Source of the DNA: Takakia lepidozioides | Taxonomy: Eukaryota > Plantae > Bryophyta | DNA length: 64,000 nt | Reading direction: 5' to 3' | Assembly: GCA_030704615.1 (NCBI GenBank) | Contig: CM060733.1 | Coordinates: 8,866,001-8,930,000, forward strand | Part shown: positions 1-11,493 of the stretch, one piece after another | Layout of the letters: each line of letters starts with the position of its first letter | Numbering within the stretch: position 1 is the stretch's first letter | Notes under the pieces: model-generated | Database searches by the model: none | What the model was told of the DNA's origin: nothing | The model's input: the letters and a program-made list of their open reading frames with translations, nothing else | Position numbers and translations under genes: made by a program

Positions 1-30
1 TTATTACTTCCATTGGAGGCCATGAGAGAG

Positions 31-135
31 ATGAAATGGGTCTTTATAACATCCGTGGAAAGCTCAAAGAGCTTATGGGACAAGAAAAAGAAAGAAACAA
101 GAAAGAGAGAGGGGCTTTCACAAGCAGCCCAAAAG
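31..135 (-). repeat. Short interspersed repeat family 2 (SINE- or LINE-3'-end-like), copy 1
   Basis: ATGAAATGG..TTTATAACATCCGTGGAAAGCTCAAAGAGCTTATGGGACAAG recurs at ~251-325, ~5131-5180 and ~6500-6590. On the minus strand it ends in a (CATTT)n-like tail. Confidence 0.65.
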
Positions 136-250
136 CAACTATTGCTCAAGGGATTGTCTAATTGTCAAAGTCTCATGCAGGTAAGCTGCCAAGCATTTCT
201 GATCCTCCAAGTGACAGACCTCCGTGAGAGAGTGGGTATCACGGAAGAGA

Positions 251-325
251 AATGAAATGAAAATGGCACTTCATAACATCTGTGGAAAGCTCGAAGAGCT
301 TATGGGACAAAAGAAAGCAGGATAC
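251..325 (-). repeat. Short interspersed repeat family 2, copy 2
   Basis: AATGAAATGAAAATGGCACTTCATAACATCTGTGGAAAGCTCGAAGAGCTTATGGGACAA matches copy 1. Confidence 0.65.
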
Positions 326-482
326 AAGACTAAGGGATTTCTTTGCATGCCCCTCTTCCTGCTCTTCTTGCTCTCATCGGCTTCTACGTCAGTGGGTTGA
401 AGCCTCATTGGATTTTTGTGTATCGTGGGCTTCTGCAGGCTTATGAGCTTGTTCAAGGTGCTCTGGTATGGACTCTTTTCTC

Positions 483-638
483 GCTTGTTTTCTTTCCCGC
501 AAAGTGAAGGTCTGGATAGTTAGTGTGAGAAATGTCTCCATGATAGTAGCTGCATTTAGGCTTGTTTTCTTTCCCACAAAGTGAAGGTCTGGATAGTTAG
601 TGTGAGAAATATCTCCATGATAGTAGCTGCATTTAGGC
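483..638. repeat. 77-bp tandem duplication (2 copies)
   Basis: GCTTGTTTTCTTTCCC(G/A)CAAAGTGAAGGTCTGGATAGTTAGTGTGAGAAAT(G/A)TCTCCATGATAGTAGCTGCATTTAG starts at 483 and again at 560. Confidence 0.9.
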
Positions 639-819
639 AGCTTGTATCTCATGTATACCTGCATCAGCCACCATGGTCTACATGGTGAAGACTCTCCAAA
701 GAAAGCATACAGAAGGTATCCTCCAGTCAAATCATGTTGGATGAAGTACCAGCAAGCTGTTTCTTCCCTGGCTGGGTGACCCTCGATGCAACGCAAAGAA
801 CCTTACCTTCCATTGGCAG

Positions 820-3800
820 GTGCGGTGGAGTGAGGTACGGGAAAGGGCAACACCGGAGCCCCCCACTGCAGTGCTGCTTCACGGTATTCTGGGTGGACGA
901 CGGAATTGGGGTATATCTCTCTCGCTCTTGGTCATTGAGAAGGTCATTTCTTATTTCTTTCTCCCTTTCAACTTGTTGTTTCTACTATGCCTTTCTCTGG
1001 ACATTATAATTTTCTTCTTCTTGCTCTCTCTTTTCAATGTCTGCATGTCTATCTGCTCCACCAAAATTTCTTTCTCAGTGTACTCTCTGGGGTGCTGTCA
1101 CCCAATGGGCCACTTTAATCGACAACATATGTCCCTCACCCACTTTTTGGTTTCGCAGTACCCTTTCGTGAAATGCAAATTCATTCGTGTCACAAGTGTG
1201 AATTGCACCCATGGCAAACATTGATCTCTTCTTCACTTCTCCCTGCATTTTCCTGGAGCTCTTTCGTTTATGCAAGAGAAACTACAGAATTGAGATTTGT
1301 TTGTTGCAATCATCTAAGCAAAGACCCCTTTGTTAGTAGTTCATCTGCTGGGTTATAGAAGGACAAAGTCTAGTACTTTAGGAAACTTCCAAGTCTGTGT
1401 CAGGTTGATGCTCATGAATGTGGTGGATGGATGTGTTCAGCATCATTTGCGAAGAGACTAGCACAGGAGTTTCCTATGTGGCAGGTAAGCTCTACTATGG
1501 ATTGTTAGGATCAAATAGACTCATAGAACTTAGACTTCTCTGTAAAAAGCCGACCTCATGAATTTGGCACCCATTGCTGGGTGACGTGTAATTATCTGAA
1601 CCAACTCATTCTGTTGCAAGATCGAGGTTGCAAGTGTCTCCAAACAGGAAGAGCCAGTGAGGGACAGGGAGTACAGCATTGTTGTTGTGGTAGTTTTATC
1701 ATACTGGTGTATCAATGTTATGTTACTAGCTCTCCTCACTACTGCTATTCGACTGTAATACTTGCTTGTATGCACAGACAGAGAGAGATATATATAGATA
1801 GAGAGAGAATGTACTCGTGAGTTGTTGTTTGCTGTAGCCTTGTGGCCATAGATCCCGCGCCCCGTTAGAGAATGTACCCATAAGACTTTGTTTGCTGTAG
1901 TGTTTGTGGCCATATACCCCACGCCCAGTTGGGAAGGAAACATAGAGAATAGGTACTACCTTTGTGAGGGGCTCAGTCCAGTAGTGTGACTTACCTTGGT
2001 ATAAACAGGGTATAAACTTGAGAGAGAGACTCATACGACTTTGTTTGCTGTGGCCTTGTGGCCATAGAACCAGTGGCCAGCTTCTATGGAAACATAGGGA
2101 ATAAGTACTACTTTGTGAGGGGCTCACTCCAGTAGTGTGACTTATTGGACAAAATGCATCTCAAACCATGAGACAACTAGAGAGGGACAAATAGAAACAG
2201 AGGCGTAGTTCTTCCTTAGGGTTGAGATATGACAAAACTTCATGGTAGGGATGAATGGGTTGCGGTGATTTACGCTTACTTTTGGCAGGAATCAATCTAT
2301 TTTTCTCGTTTTTGCTGCAGTTTCTGTTGGTGGACCTGCGTTGCCATGGAGACTCATCATCCATTTGCAAGCAAGGGCCTCACTCTGTTGCCTCTGCTGC
2401 CAGTGATATTCTTCATCTTGTATGTTCCTCTATACTCGACTGATAGAGAGAATGTACTCATAAGACGTTGTTTGCCGTAGCCTTGTGGCCATTGACCCCG
2501 CGCCCAGTTTGAGCGGAACACAAAGGGACAGAACCTAGTAAGACTTACCTTGATATAAAAAATTGATCCAGGTTTTCCAGATATCTCCCCCATGTCACAG
2601 ACTGGAAACAGGTTCAGGGAAGTTTTCTGCCTAACTTCATTTTCATCAGACAATTTCATGGCAACAGACATGGCTTTGGACACTACAGCCTCTAAGTCAG
2701 ATTTATCCAGCAAGGTCAAGACTTGCAGATCCAGGTCCAGGTCCTTGAGAATCTCTTCTACTCTCTTCTGCAAGGACTTAGCCTGTTTGACAGGGCGGTC
2801 CTGTTTCCAAGATATAGAGTCGATTAACTTAGGATATCTGGTGTCGGACATAAGTTGCAGCTGACCCCACTATCTGACCTTGAATTCATCTCGTTGGGAG
2901 CTTAAGGACGGGATGCCAAACTCACTCCGAACAGCCACATTGGCTGTTTTGGAGCATGCTGACATGCACTCCTTAAGCACCCCCACTTGAATGGTTTCTA
3001 GAGACTTAGCCTGGTTGGAGTTATCAACCCATATTGCAGATCTGTACTCCAAGGCAGGTTTAATAATGCGACAAAGCATGGTTTTCTTAACCTCAAGTTG
3101 ACCCCTCTGCAGTGGAAAATTTAGGGAGACCCAGAGCTTTGCCCTTGCCAGTTTGAACAACTTTCCAAATATGTGCATCCCAATTACAATTGGAGGAAAA
3201 CTCAACGCCCAGGTAAGTGTAGGAAGGGAGGACTGGGATCTCTTGGCTACCCCACTGCCACTTGAGATCACTTCCTCCCTCACCTCTGTCGTTGAATGCT
3301 ACCACTGCACATTTGCTGAGGTTAGCCTCTATCCCCCAAAGATCAAAGTATCTCTTCGCACAATCAATCAACTCCTGGAGATTGGAAGGAGTCTCCCCTA
3401 TGCCTGCGAAGTCATCCGCAAACATAAGGGCTGGTATGGTGGTATCACCCACCCTTAACCCAAATCCCTCACTTTCCACATCCTCAAGGAGTTGATTGAT
3501 GAAAACATTGAAGAGCAGAGGGGAGAGAGTACATCCTTGAGCTACACCTTGGTCTATGTCAAAGAAGTTGGACTTCTGTCCATTAACAGTGACACAGCTT
3601 TTGGTGTGAGCATACAAGTTTGGACAACTCTCCACATCTTTCCCTAGATCCCACAAGACCAGAGGCGGAGCCATAGGCCATCTCTCCACACTGTGTCATA
3701 AGCCTTTTTGACATCCAAGAAAAAAACATAAGTGGATTTCCCTTCTTTTTTCCTTCCCTGGATAATCTGGCTTAGAGTGAAGATATGATCCTGTTTCGCC

Positions 3801-6800
3801 AAAAGCCAGCTTGGCCTTCGTGGAAACAACCTCTAGATTCCAGATCAACCTCGAGACGAGTACTTATAACTCTGCAGAATATCTTGCCAACAGCATTGAG
3901 GAGCGTGATGCCATGGTAGTTCCCCGGTTCTTCTCTGTCACCCTTCATGTATAGATTGACAATGACCCCCTGTCGCCAGCGAAAGGGGATCAGTTCAGTC
4001 TTCCAGATAAGGTTAAAGAGGAGAACTAGGGCCTCTATCATGGGATTGCCACCGTGCTTGATAAGCTCGTTGACTATGCCATCAGGTCCACCTGCTTTAT
4101 ATCCGTTAAATGTTCAATTGCTTCCACAATCTCAGAAGAACTAATGGGAGCGTTATAAGCCTTTGAAATATACTCCTGTTCATCAGGGCTGTTTTGAATC
4201 ATAGGAACAGTTTTTCCAACTGTTTCATCAGAGGACCCCTCACTGTTAGACCTAGAAGTTCTGCCAAGAATACTGCAGTGGGTTTCAAAGGTTTTGACAA
4301 TGTCAACCGATGAAGTCACCACTGCACCCTTAGTAGTCTTCAGCGCTTGTACTTGCTGACCGCTTTTCGGCTTGTACAAACGTTGAAGGGCCAACCAGAA
4401 TCTCTTGTCATTACCACCATGGTGGTTTGAGTTTATTTCACTGTATAACTTGTCCCAGTATAATTTCTTCTGAGACCTTACAAGCTGATTGATATCTTTA
4501 CGGAGCTGGTAGTACCTCGCCCACAATTCTCTGTTGGTTTTCAAATTGCAGCACTATTTACAGAGGACTCGTCTCTCAGCTATCTTGAGTTTAATCTCCA
4601 ATTAACAGCTCTACCACAGACAATTAGTTTCCTCCCAATGATCTGATAGAGAGATTGTACTCATAAAACGTTGTTTGCCGTAGCCTTGTGGCCATTGACC
4701 CCGCGCCCAGTTTGAGCGGGAACAAAAGGGACAGAACCTACCTCTGTCAGGGGCTGACGTTGGTAGTAAGACTTACCTCCATATAAAGAATTAATCCGGG
4801 TTTTCCAGATATCCTCTAGAAATCCCTTCACACAAGCATCAATCTGCTGTGTGTGATTTGCCCAAAAACTAGGCCTCAGGAGGGCCTGGGCTTTTGGCTC
4901 AGCCTCGAGACTTTCAAAGTTGGTAACAGGGGTACAGGCACATTCCCTTAATAGATTTGAAGTGAGCGTCTCTTTGGTGAGAGAACCCGGACAGTGTATC
5001 AGAAAATGAATACTGTCTTCAGATTGCCCACACAACGGGCAATTGCACTCTCTCTTTCCTCTCTGCTTCTGTTTGCTGTTCAAAGGTAGAGAGAGAAAGG
5101 AATAAAGAGAGCGAGAGAGAGAAGGAAAGGAATTCATGATGTCCGGGAAAACCCAAGAACTCATGGGACAAGACGGAGGAACAAAGCAAAGAAAGCAAAG
5201 GACAAAACAGAAAACGAAGAAAAGAAGAATCCATGGAGGCCCCTGGTGCCCATGGGATACACTAGACTAGCATTAAAGGGTGTAACGAAACAGATTCCAT
5301 CATTGCCTGTAAAGACATGAAATAGCTGCAAAATTTCAGTATCGAACTGGCAAAGCTCTCCCAGTCAACAACAACCCATTTATGTTTTACTCCTAAGTGT
5401 ATCAAATACAAATTTGACGCAGTGATTAGCAAGGGAAGGTCTGAATGCAATATGTTGTTATATGATATTTGAGTACCACCATGTGCTCATTGCTTATCCT
5501 TGTGGCTTTAAACCCATTGATTGTAGGAGTGTCTGTTGTCGATTCCTTCCTAGATAGAATTATACTGAAAAATGGGTCAGCTGATGAAATACTGGTGTGT
5601 TTTTTATGTGCGTCTTCTGGGGAACAGATGGGACAATTGAAGTTAACTCCACGAGTCCTAATTGGCCATAGCTTTGGTGGTAAAGGTATGTTCTCCAATC
5701 CATGGAATCTCAACTCTGGAAGATGATGACTGTACACATTCCAAGTGGGCACACATGGCTGGGTTTGCCTGTCTGAACAAAACCCTCTTGCTGTCTCTCC
5801 TATATCCACACCCTTTGGTTGGAAACTGGCTAGCACTGGGAGGGAGCATCAGGAGGGTACCTGTCTTTTAAGATCAGTCCTTTATGGTTTGTTTCATCTG
5901 TTGGATCTCATGCAATAAGTCAAACTGCAAGGGATGTCATGCATTTGATCTAACGCGGAAACTGGAAAACTGCAGTAGCGATAAGTATGGTGGATCAAGC
6001 AGCCAAGCCCCTGGCTCGTCCTGTTAGGGTACGCCCCTCCCTTCCACCTACGCTTTTAGAATGTGCGTCTCACAATTATGAATTTAAGTTGGATGTATGT
6101 AGATGGGTCATTGTCTGTAGAAGATTCAGAAGGAATATACTCACTGGACTTGCTCCTGGCCGGAGACTCTGCAGCTAGTTATGACGGAGAAGGAAGAAGG
6201 GGGCAATAGAAATTATGTACATCCACTGCAGACCCAGAAGACCATGACGTAAAGTAGAACCGCTAAACTCAATGAACAGATTGAACGCCAAAATTGCATG
6301 AAGATGGAGTGCCTTATACTAGTAAGCCATGAAGCCCAGAAAAGGAAGGGGGACGGGAGGAGCAGAGGGGAGCAGAATGGATCCCACGACTGCAGAAGGT
6401 TCATTATAGGACATATTTCAAGATGAAGTTGAATGTCGCTTACAATTTTTCTTAAGTTCCCTACCATAGCATCACATTGCTAAGAGAAGCTGGAACTGAA
6501 ATGAAATGGTACTTTATAACGTCCACGGAAAGCTTATGGGACAAGAGAAAGCAAGAAAGAGAGGGGGACCACTAAGCAGCCCAAAAGAAAGGAGCAGGGA
6601 ATCCTCTCAAACAGTCGACCTTACAATTTCATATGGGGGTGCAGGTATGGGTGCTAGATGCAACACCTGGAAGGGTGCGCTCCGGGGGTGATGGTGAAGA
6701 TCATCCTGCGGAGCTTATTGAGGCCCTGCGTCAAATGCCCCCTCTGGTACACTACCTATTTTATTAATATTGGAGAAGAATACAGAGGTGGGACGGGGAT

Positions 6801-8814
6801 GGATGGCACTTACCTTTGTTTTTGCTTCAAGAAAGGCTGTAAGAGCGTAAGGGTATGTCTTTCTTATTAGAACTTTGAAGACAATCTGAAAATGCAAAAA
6901 CTTGGGATGTGTCAATGCTGACAGTCATTACTTGCAGGTATCGTCACGCCGAGCATTGATTGAAGCCCTATCCCACAAGGGCTTCTCCCCTGGCGTTGCA
7001 CAGGTATTCTGAACAAAAGAGAGAGAAGTACAAGAAGAAACTTGTTACAAGACTTGCTTGCCTGCAGTAGCCTTGGGGCATCACCTGTCTTGAGAGGAGC
7101 ATAGAATGTTCTCATAAGACGTTGTTGCCATAGCGTTGTGGCCATTAGGGACAGAGGGTCACAGGGCCTTCCTGTTCAAATGTTCAATCATCTACAGGAG
7201 GATGACAGTCTTAGTTGGTATTCCTATGGCGCTCTTATATCTGATGATGTCACAGTTTCAAGATCAATCTTGATCATAAGAATCTGAAGGTGGAGGTAGC
7301 AAAGAAGAGAATGTACTCATAAGGCGTTGTTTGCTGTAGCCAGGAAGGCAAACAATAGAAAGAGAGCGAGTCCGTATCTGTCCTTTTGCCAACATTAAGA
7401 TTGTGGTTCTTGTTTTTAAGTTTGATCTGGGGTAGCTCCCATTCTTGTTTGTCACCCGAAAAAATGTACTGATAAGACTTTGTTTGTTGTAGCCTTGTGG
7501 CCGTAGACCCCGCACCCAGTTTGGACGGAAACATAGGGAATAGGCACTACCTTTGTGATGGGCTCACTCTAATAGTGTGACTTACCTTGATATAAACCAA
7601 AAGAGGGAAGGAGAAAGGAGAAGATAAGACTGATGGTTGGCATGCATAGAGGATCGAACATAGTTGAGGGTTGATTTTCGTCTTGGCATTTTCAAATATG
7701 TAGGATAAGTCTAGGAGATTTTTCTTCTTCTTGCACATTGCTCCTCTGCCTATTCTGACAGTCCTTTCCTGGTGGGGGATTTTACTGGCCAGTGGATGAC
7801 CACAAATTTACGTTATGTTTCAAATGAAAATGGAGGAAAGATCCCGGGATATACATGGGTTTTTGATCTGGAGGGCATTGCAGACATGTACCGTTCTTAT
7901 GAATCTACAAACCTCTGGTATGCTTTACCACCATACATCAGAGAGCCTAACTCCCCCACTTTCCTGGATGCCTTTAGGTCCATAACTGCATCTATTTGAG
8001 TCTTTGTGAATGGCAGACGTACTTATACGCAGTAAACCTACAGATTTTTATCCTATCCTTCAGAAGCACCTGATACCAAGATGTATTCTCAAGTTCGGAG
8101 GATCAAATGGACATCATTTGTTTGCTGCACTCCAACTGCAGGTCTTTTGTGGAGAACGTACCACAGGGAGTCCACATTGACTTTCTGAGGGCGGAGCGAA
8201 GTTTGCATCGATGGGCCCATGAGGACGTGCAGCGTATTCACACTGCAGAGATGGTTGCCTCAGCTGAAGGAGCAAGCGTGCAAATGCATGTGCTAGAAGA
8301 TGCTGGACATTGGGTGAGTCCTTAATGCTGTGGGTTCCTTTCTGCACTTTGTTGCATTATCATTTTGATTTATGCAATGAGATGTTTTCATCTGTGGCTT
8401 GCATCTAGTCATACTTTGGAGGGGAAGTGGGTGGCAGTTTTTCCATATCTGATCCTACCCCCTTTTCTCTCCTAACGAAAAATGTACTCATCAGATATGT
8501 GGACTATGGCTCTGCCCTACCTTAGCACCCAGGTTTTCCACAATCTAGGTTCCGGGGTTTTGTAACCCACAGGTATGAATTTAAGCCTAATCTGCAGCAC
8601 TTGCACATAGGTGACGGGAATCCAAGAATGCTGGCATTCCCGTCGCAGTACAGTTAATGTTAAAAGTCCAACATGCATGAAAGGAAGAGAGGGCGAGGCT
8701 GTTATCACTAACTCATCAGGGATTTCTAACTGGCAGGTACACACAGACAACCCAGAGGGACTGTTCCGACTGTTGGCACCCTCTTTTGGAGGAGCTGATT
8801 TTTCAAGGAATTAA
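820..8814 (+). CDS. Alpha/beta-hydrolase, ABHD11-like (similar to Arabidopsis At3g52570 type); 5' exons lie upstream of the window
   Basis: In-frame GT-AG exons 820-910, 1441-1484, 2321-2419, 5628-5685, 5976-6028, 6645-6746, 6938-7003, 7793-7917, 8142-8313, 8737-8814. They give PTAVLLHGILG..NW, LVDLRCHGDS, the nucleophile elbow GHSFGGK, VWVLDATPG and the catalytic His motif DAGHWVHTDNP, ending in TAA. Confidence 0.93.
1801..2144 (-). mobile_element. Head-to-tail array of three 5'-truncated 3' ends of an RTE/RTEX-like LINE in an ABHD intron
   Basis: Units at ~1801-1865, ~1867-2006 and ~2020-2144. Each begins on + with a (GA)n tract and matches the 3' end of the LINE at 2452/4655 (..TGTTTGCTGTAGCCTTGTGGCCAT..). 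Confidence 0.85.
2452..4642 (-). mobile_element. 5'-truncated, frameshifted non-LTR retrotransposon (RTE/RTEX-like LINE), RT region; copy B
   Basis: Fragmented ORFs carry RT motifs EGQAGF, FLDVKKAYDTVWRDGLW, QGVAQGCTLSPLLFNVFI, LMFADDF and YTYLG. Flanked by a 12-bp direct repeat CTGATAGAGAGA (2440-2451, 4643-4654). No endonuclease domain is present. Confidence 0.9.
4655..5086 (-). mobile_element. 5'-truncated LINE copy A (ORF2 C-terminal CCHC zinc finger plus 3' end)
   Basis: ORF 4661-5164 encodes CPLCGQSEDSIHFLIHC..IWKTR..GHKATANNVL*, with the same 3' end as copy B. Flanked by TAGAGAGA at 4647-4654 and 5087-5094. Confidence 0.85.
5131..5180 (-). repeat. Short interspersed repeat family 2, diverged copy
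   Basis: TTCATGATGTCCGGGAAAACCCAAGAACTCATGGGACAAG resembles the core of copies 1 and 2. Confidence 0.45.
6500..6590 (-). repeat. Short interspersed repeat family 2 copy
   Basis: AATGAAATGGTACTTTATAACGTCCACGGAAAGCTTATGGGACAAGAGAAAGCAAGAAAGAGAGG..AAGCAGCCCAAAAG matches copy 1 with the hairpin loop deleted. Confidence 0.65.
7100..7597 (-). mobile_element. Three separate short 3'-end copies of the same LINE (~7100-7146, ~7307-7341, ~7462-7597)
   Basis: Each matches the AATGTACTCATAAGACGTTGTTTGCTGTAGCC consensus. The longest extends to GACTTACCTTGATATAAAC. Confidence 0.8.
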
Positions 8815-9623
8815 TTGACTTCATAATGATCTTGCTTTTGTGGGTTTATCTTTAAGAGTATCCCTTACATTTGCCATCCATTAGTTACATGCAGGCGCTA
8901 TGGATGGCTCAATTCATGTCTGAGTTTGACACCCTCAACAATGTTGATTTGTCAAGTGGACTGCTATGTGTATGGAGACATTCCATGAGGTGCATGTAAT
9001 GAATTTGGGAAGGGTGGCCACTTGATCTAGACATTAAAGAGCTAAATTCGCTGTCTTCCATTGAGTAGAGGAGAGGGATGAATGTAGGCTATGAATGTGG
9101 AGCAGGAAAGATGAAGATGATGGAAGGTGATAACCCTCATTGTAAGTTCTCTTGGTGTAGGTCCCAAGGCCTTTACACTTTACACCCTCCAACTTTGATC
9201 CCTACAATATTAATATTTTAATTGCATTTAGGGACCAAGATCTGGATCAATTTGCTTCAAATTGGTCCATATGTTTCATTTTTTCCTTTGTAGTTTGAGT
9301 ACGCTTATCCGGACAAATTTTAGGGTAAGTACGTTATATTTGGGGGAGTAAGTTATTTTTGGGTGTAACATACTCCTCCAAAATTAACGTACTCTATTAA
9401 AGCTGGGATGATGTATTCACCCATAAGCCCACCCTCGACTCCCTTGCAGCTCACCTCCATTTATATCCTCCTCAGGGTTCTGAATATGGGCAATCGATAT
9501 GGGATAATTTAAGCCCAATCAGATTGCGCCAGATAAGACGTAGTAGGTATTCGCTTCTTTACGCAGGGTGAAGCTTCGGCCCTCGGCCAGTACGTGGTCC
9601 TCGGCCCTAGGTCTCGGGTGTCG

Positions 9624-10799
9624 TTTCTTTACGCAAGGTAAAGCCTCAGCCCTCGGAAAAAACGGGGAGCGTTAAGCAGAGCAGAAAACCCATAGCTGCA
9701 ACAGAAGCTTGAAACACGAGAGGTCAACTAACTACAGCCAGACTAGTGAAGATTAAGTAAGGGGCTGCTACAGCCGACCAGAGGTAAGGCCAACACAGAA
9801 GGTCCAATATCGTCATTTAGAATAAGTGCACAGGGTGAATTAGATGCAGCTGAGCTGAGAAGACATTCGGCGTTTCCTACGAAGAACCCTCAAAGTCGAA
9901 GTGTACCTTTACCTTTGATTCACGATTCTTCTTGTACCTCGGCCAATACTTGATCTCATGTTCATCTGTGTCTACTGGAGAAGGCCATGGACTAAGTAGA
10001 TCCCCAACCGCTGGGGGAGAGCACCAGACCGGGTGGGCTGCATGCAGCCTAGTAGGAGCCTGGTGCATATGAGCCCTCCCCTAGTCCAGATGCTGTCGAA
10101 AATCGCGAGGGCGCGGTGATGCCTCTGAGAACCTCTGTGTACTGAAGCCAAGATCCCCTCCCAGATCTTCTTACCTTCTATCAATAAATCATAATAGATA
10201 CGAGAAAGAATGGAAAGAAACAACAAGGATCTTACCATCGAAGGTGAGGGAGCACCTGGCCTTCCAGATTCTCCACAGGGAATATATAGCGCGAAGAGAA
10301 TGCCATACTTGACAGTCATGCCATATCGTGGAAAAGGTTGAGATAAGAAGAAGAATGGCGTGATCAAAAATAGAGATGGCTTTCCATGTAAGATAGAAAT
10401 CTTTTACCTTTGACCAAACTGCCTTGGCAAGATGGCAGTCAACCAGACAATGCTCGATGGATTCCAGCAAATTTGAAGAACACATGATACAGACATTTGG
10501 AAGAAATCTCTAGCAACAGCAACAGGTAAGATGTGATTGCAAATTTTCCAAAGAAATGCACAATGTTTAGAAGCCCAGATCAATCTCCAAGGAAAAACCC
10601 AGCCCGCAGGCCAGACCAGCCGCGACAGAAGCAACGAAAATAATAGTGCAGGGGTTTTCCCCTGAGCAACCGCGCCACTGAGGAGCAGACCAACCTTCCC
10701 TCCCAGAATTGAGCCATGTAGACCACCTAGAAGAAATGGCCAGAGAGATTGAGATGGAGACCAAGGTCAACCTAGAGGGTGTGTGAGGAAAGAGGGCAG
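9624..10799 (-). mobile_element. Degraded L1-type LINE 3' portion (zf-RVT region), cut by the LTR at 10800
   Basis: Frameshifted peptides WRLIWASK..AFLWKICNHILP, C..C..LESIEHCLVDCHLAKAVW and LWRIWKARCSLTFDG, typical of the plant L1 ORF2 C-terminus. The left boundary is approximate. Confidence 0.75.
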
Positions 10800-11493
10800 T
10801 GTCGCGCACCTCACTTTGGTAAACTCCTCTTCACATCATAGTTACTCGCCTTGATGCGCGTGCCTAATTCCCAAACCGGCCGCTGGGCCAACTCGAAGCT
10901 TCGGCTGCTCACCGGGGTATAACGGTCCCCCTCACACTCCCACTCGGCCCTCGACCTGTCAGGCTCAGTGGAAATTCCCTTTGGTAGATGGCAGTCCGGA
11001 ACAGCTCCCCACACCTTGGTCGCTTTCCGGCTCGCACGCTTACTCATTAGTTTTTGGTCACCAACGGGCTTGCACCGTTCTCGGGGTTACTACTCCCTAT
11101 ATATACTTCTGTAGGTGTCCGCGGAGGTTCCACAAGTAGCACCCTCCAAATTTGGTGCACCACCACTTAGACCCTCGATTGTCCCTGTGGTGAGCCGCGG
11201 TGAGTCTTGGACCACCCACCACAGCCCCAATGGACCGTGGTGAGTCCCAAGACTCCCCACGACTCCCACCGCAAGGCCTCAGCCTCATGGTGAGTCCTAT
11301 GCCACCCCCACTACGACTCCCTACGCTACCACCACCTCTCATGGAGCCCCCACCACCGCCACCCGGTTTGCGGGGCTCCACCTAGTGAGCGCCACCGCCT
11401 CCTTGAGTGTCCTATTTGCTACCACTGCCCCCACCACAGGGGCAGCCCCTCTTGTGTCCCGACCCCCCGCCCTCAAGGCAAAGGGCCGTGACA
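10800..11493 (-). mobile_element. LTR of a Ty3/gypsy element (3' LTR in minus orientation)
   Basis: Termini TGTCGCG...CGTGACA, an adjacent PPT-like GGTAGGGGTG on the minus strand, and homology over its whole length to 19990-20721. Confidence 0.8.
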
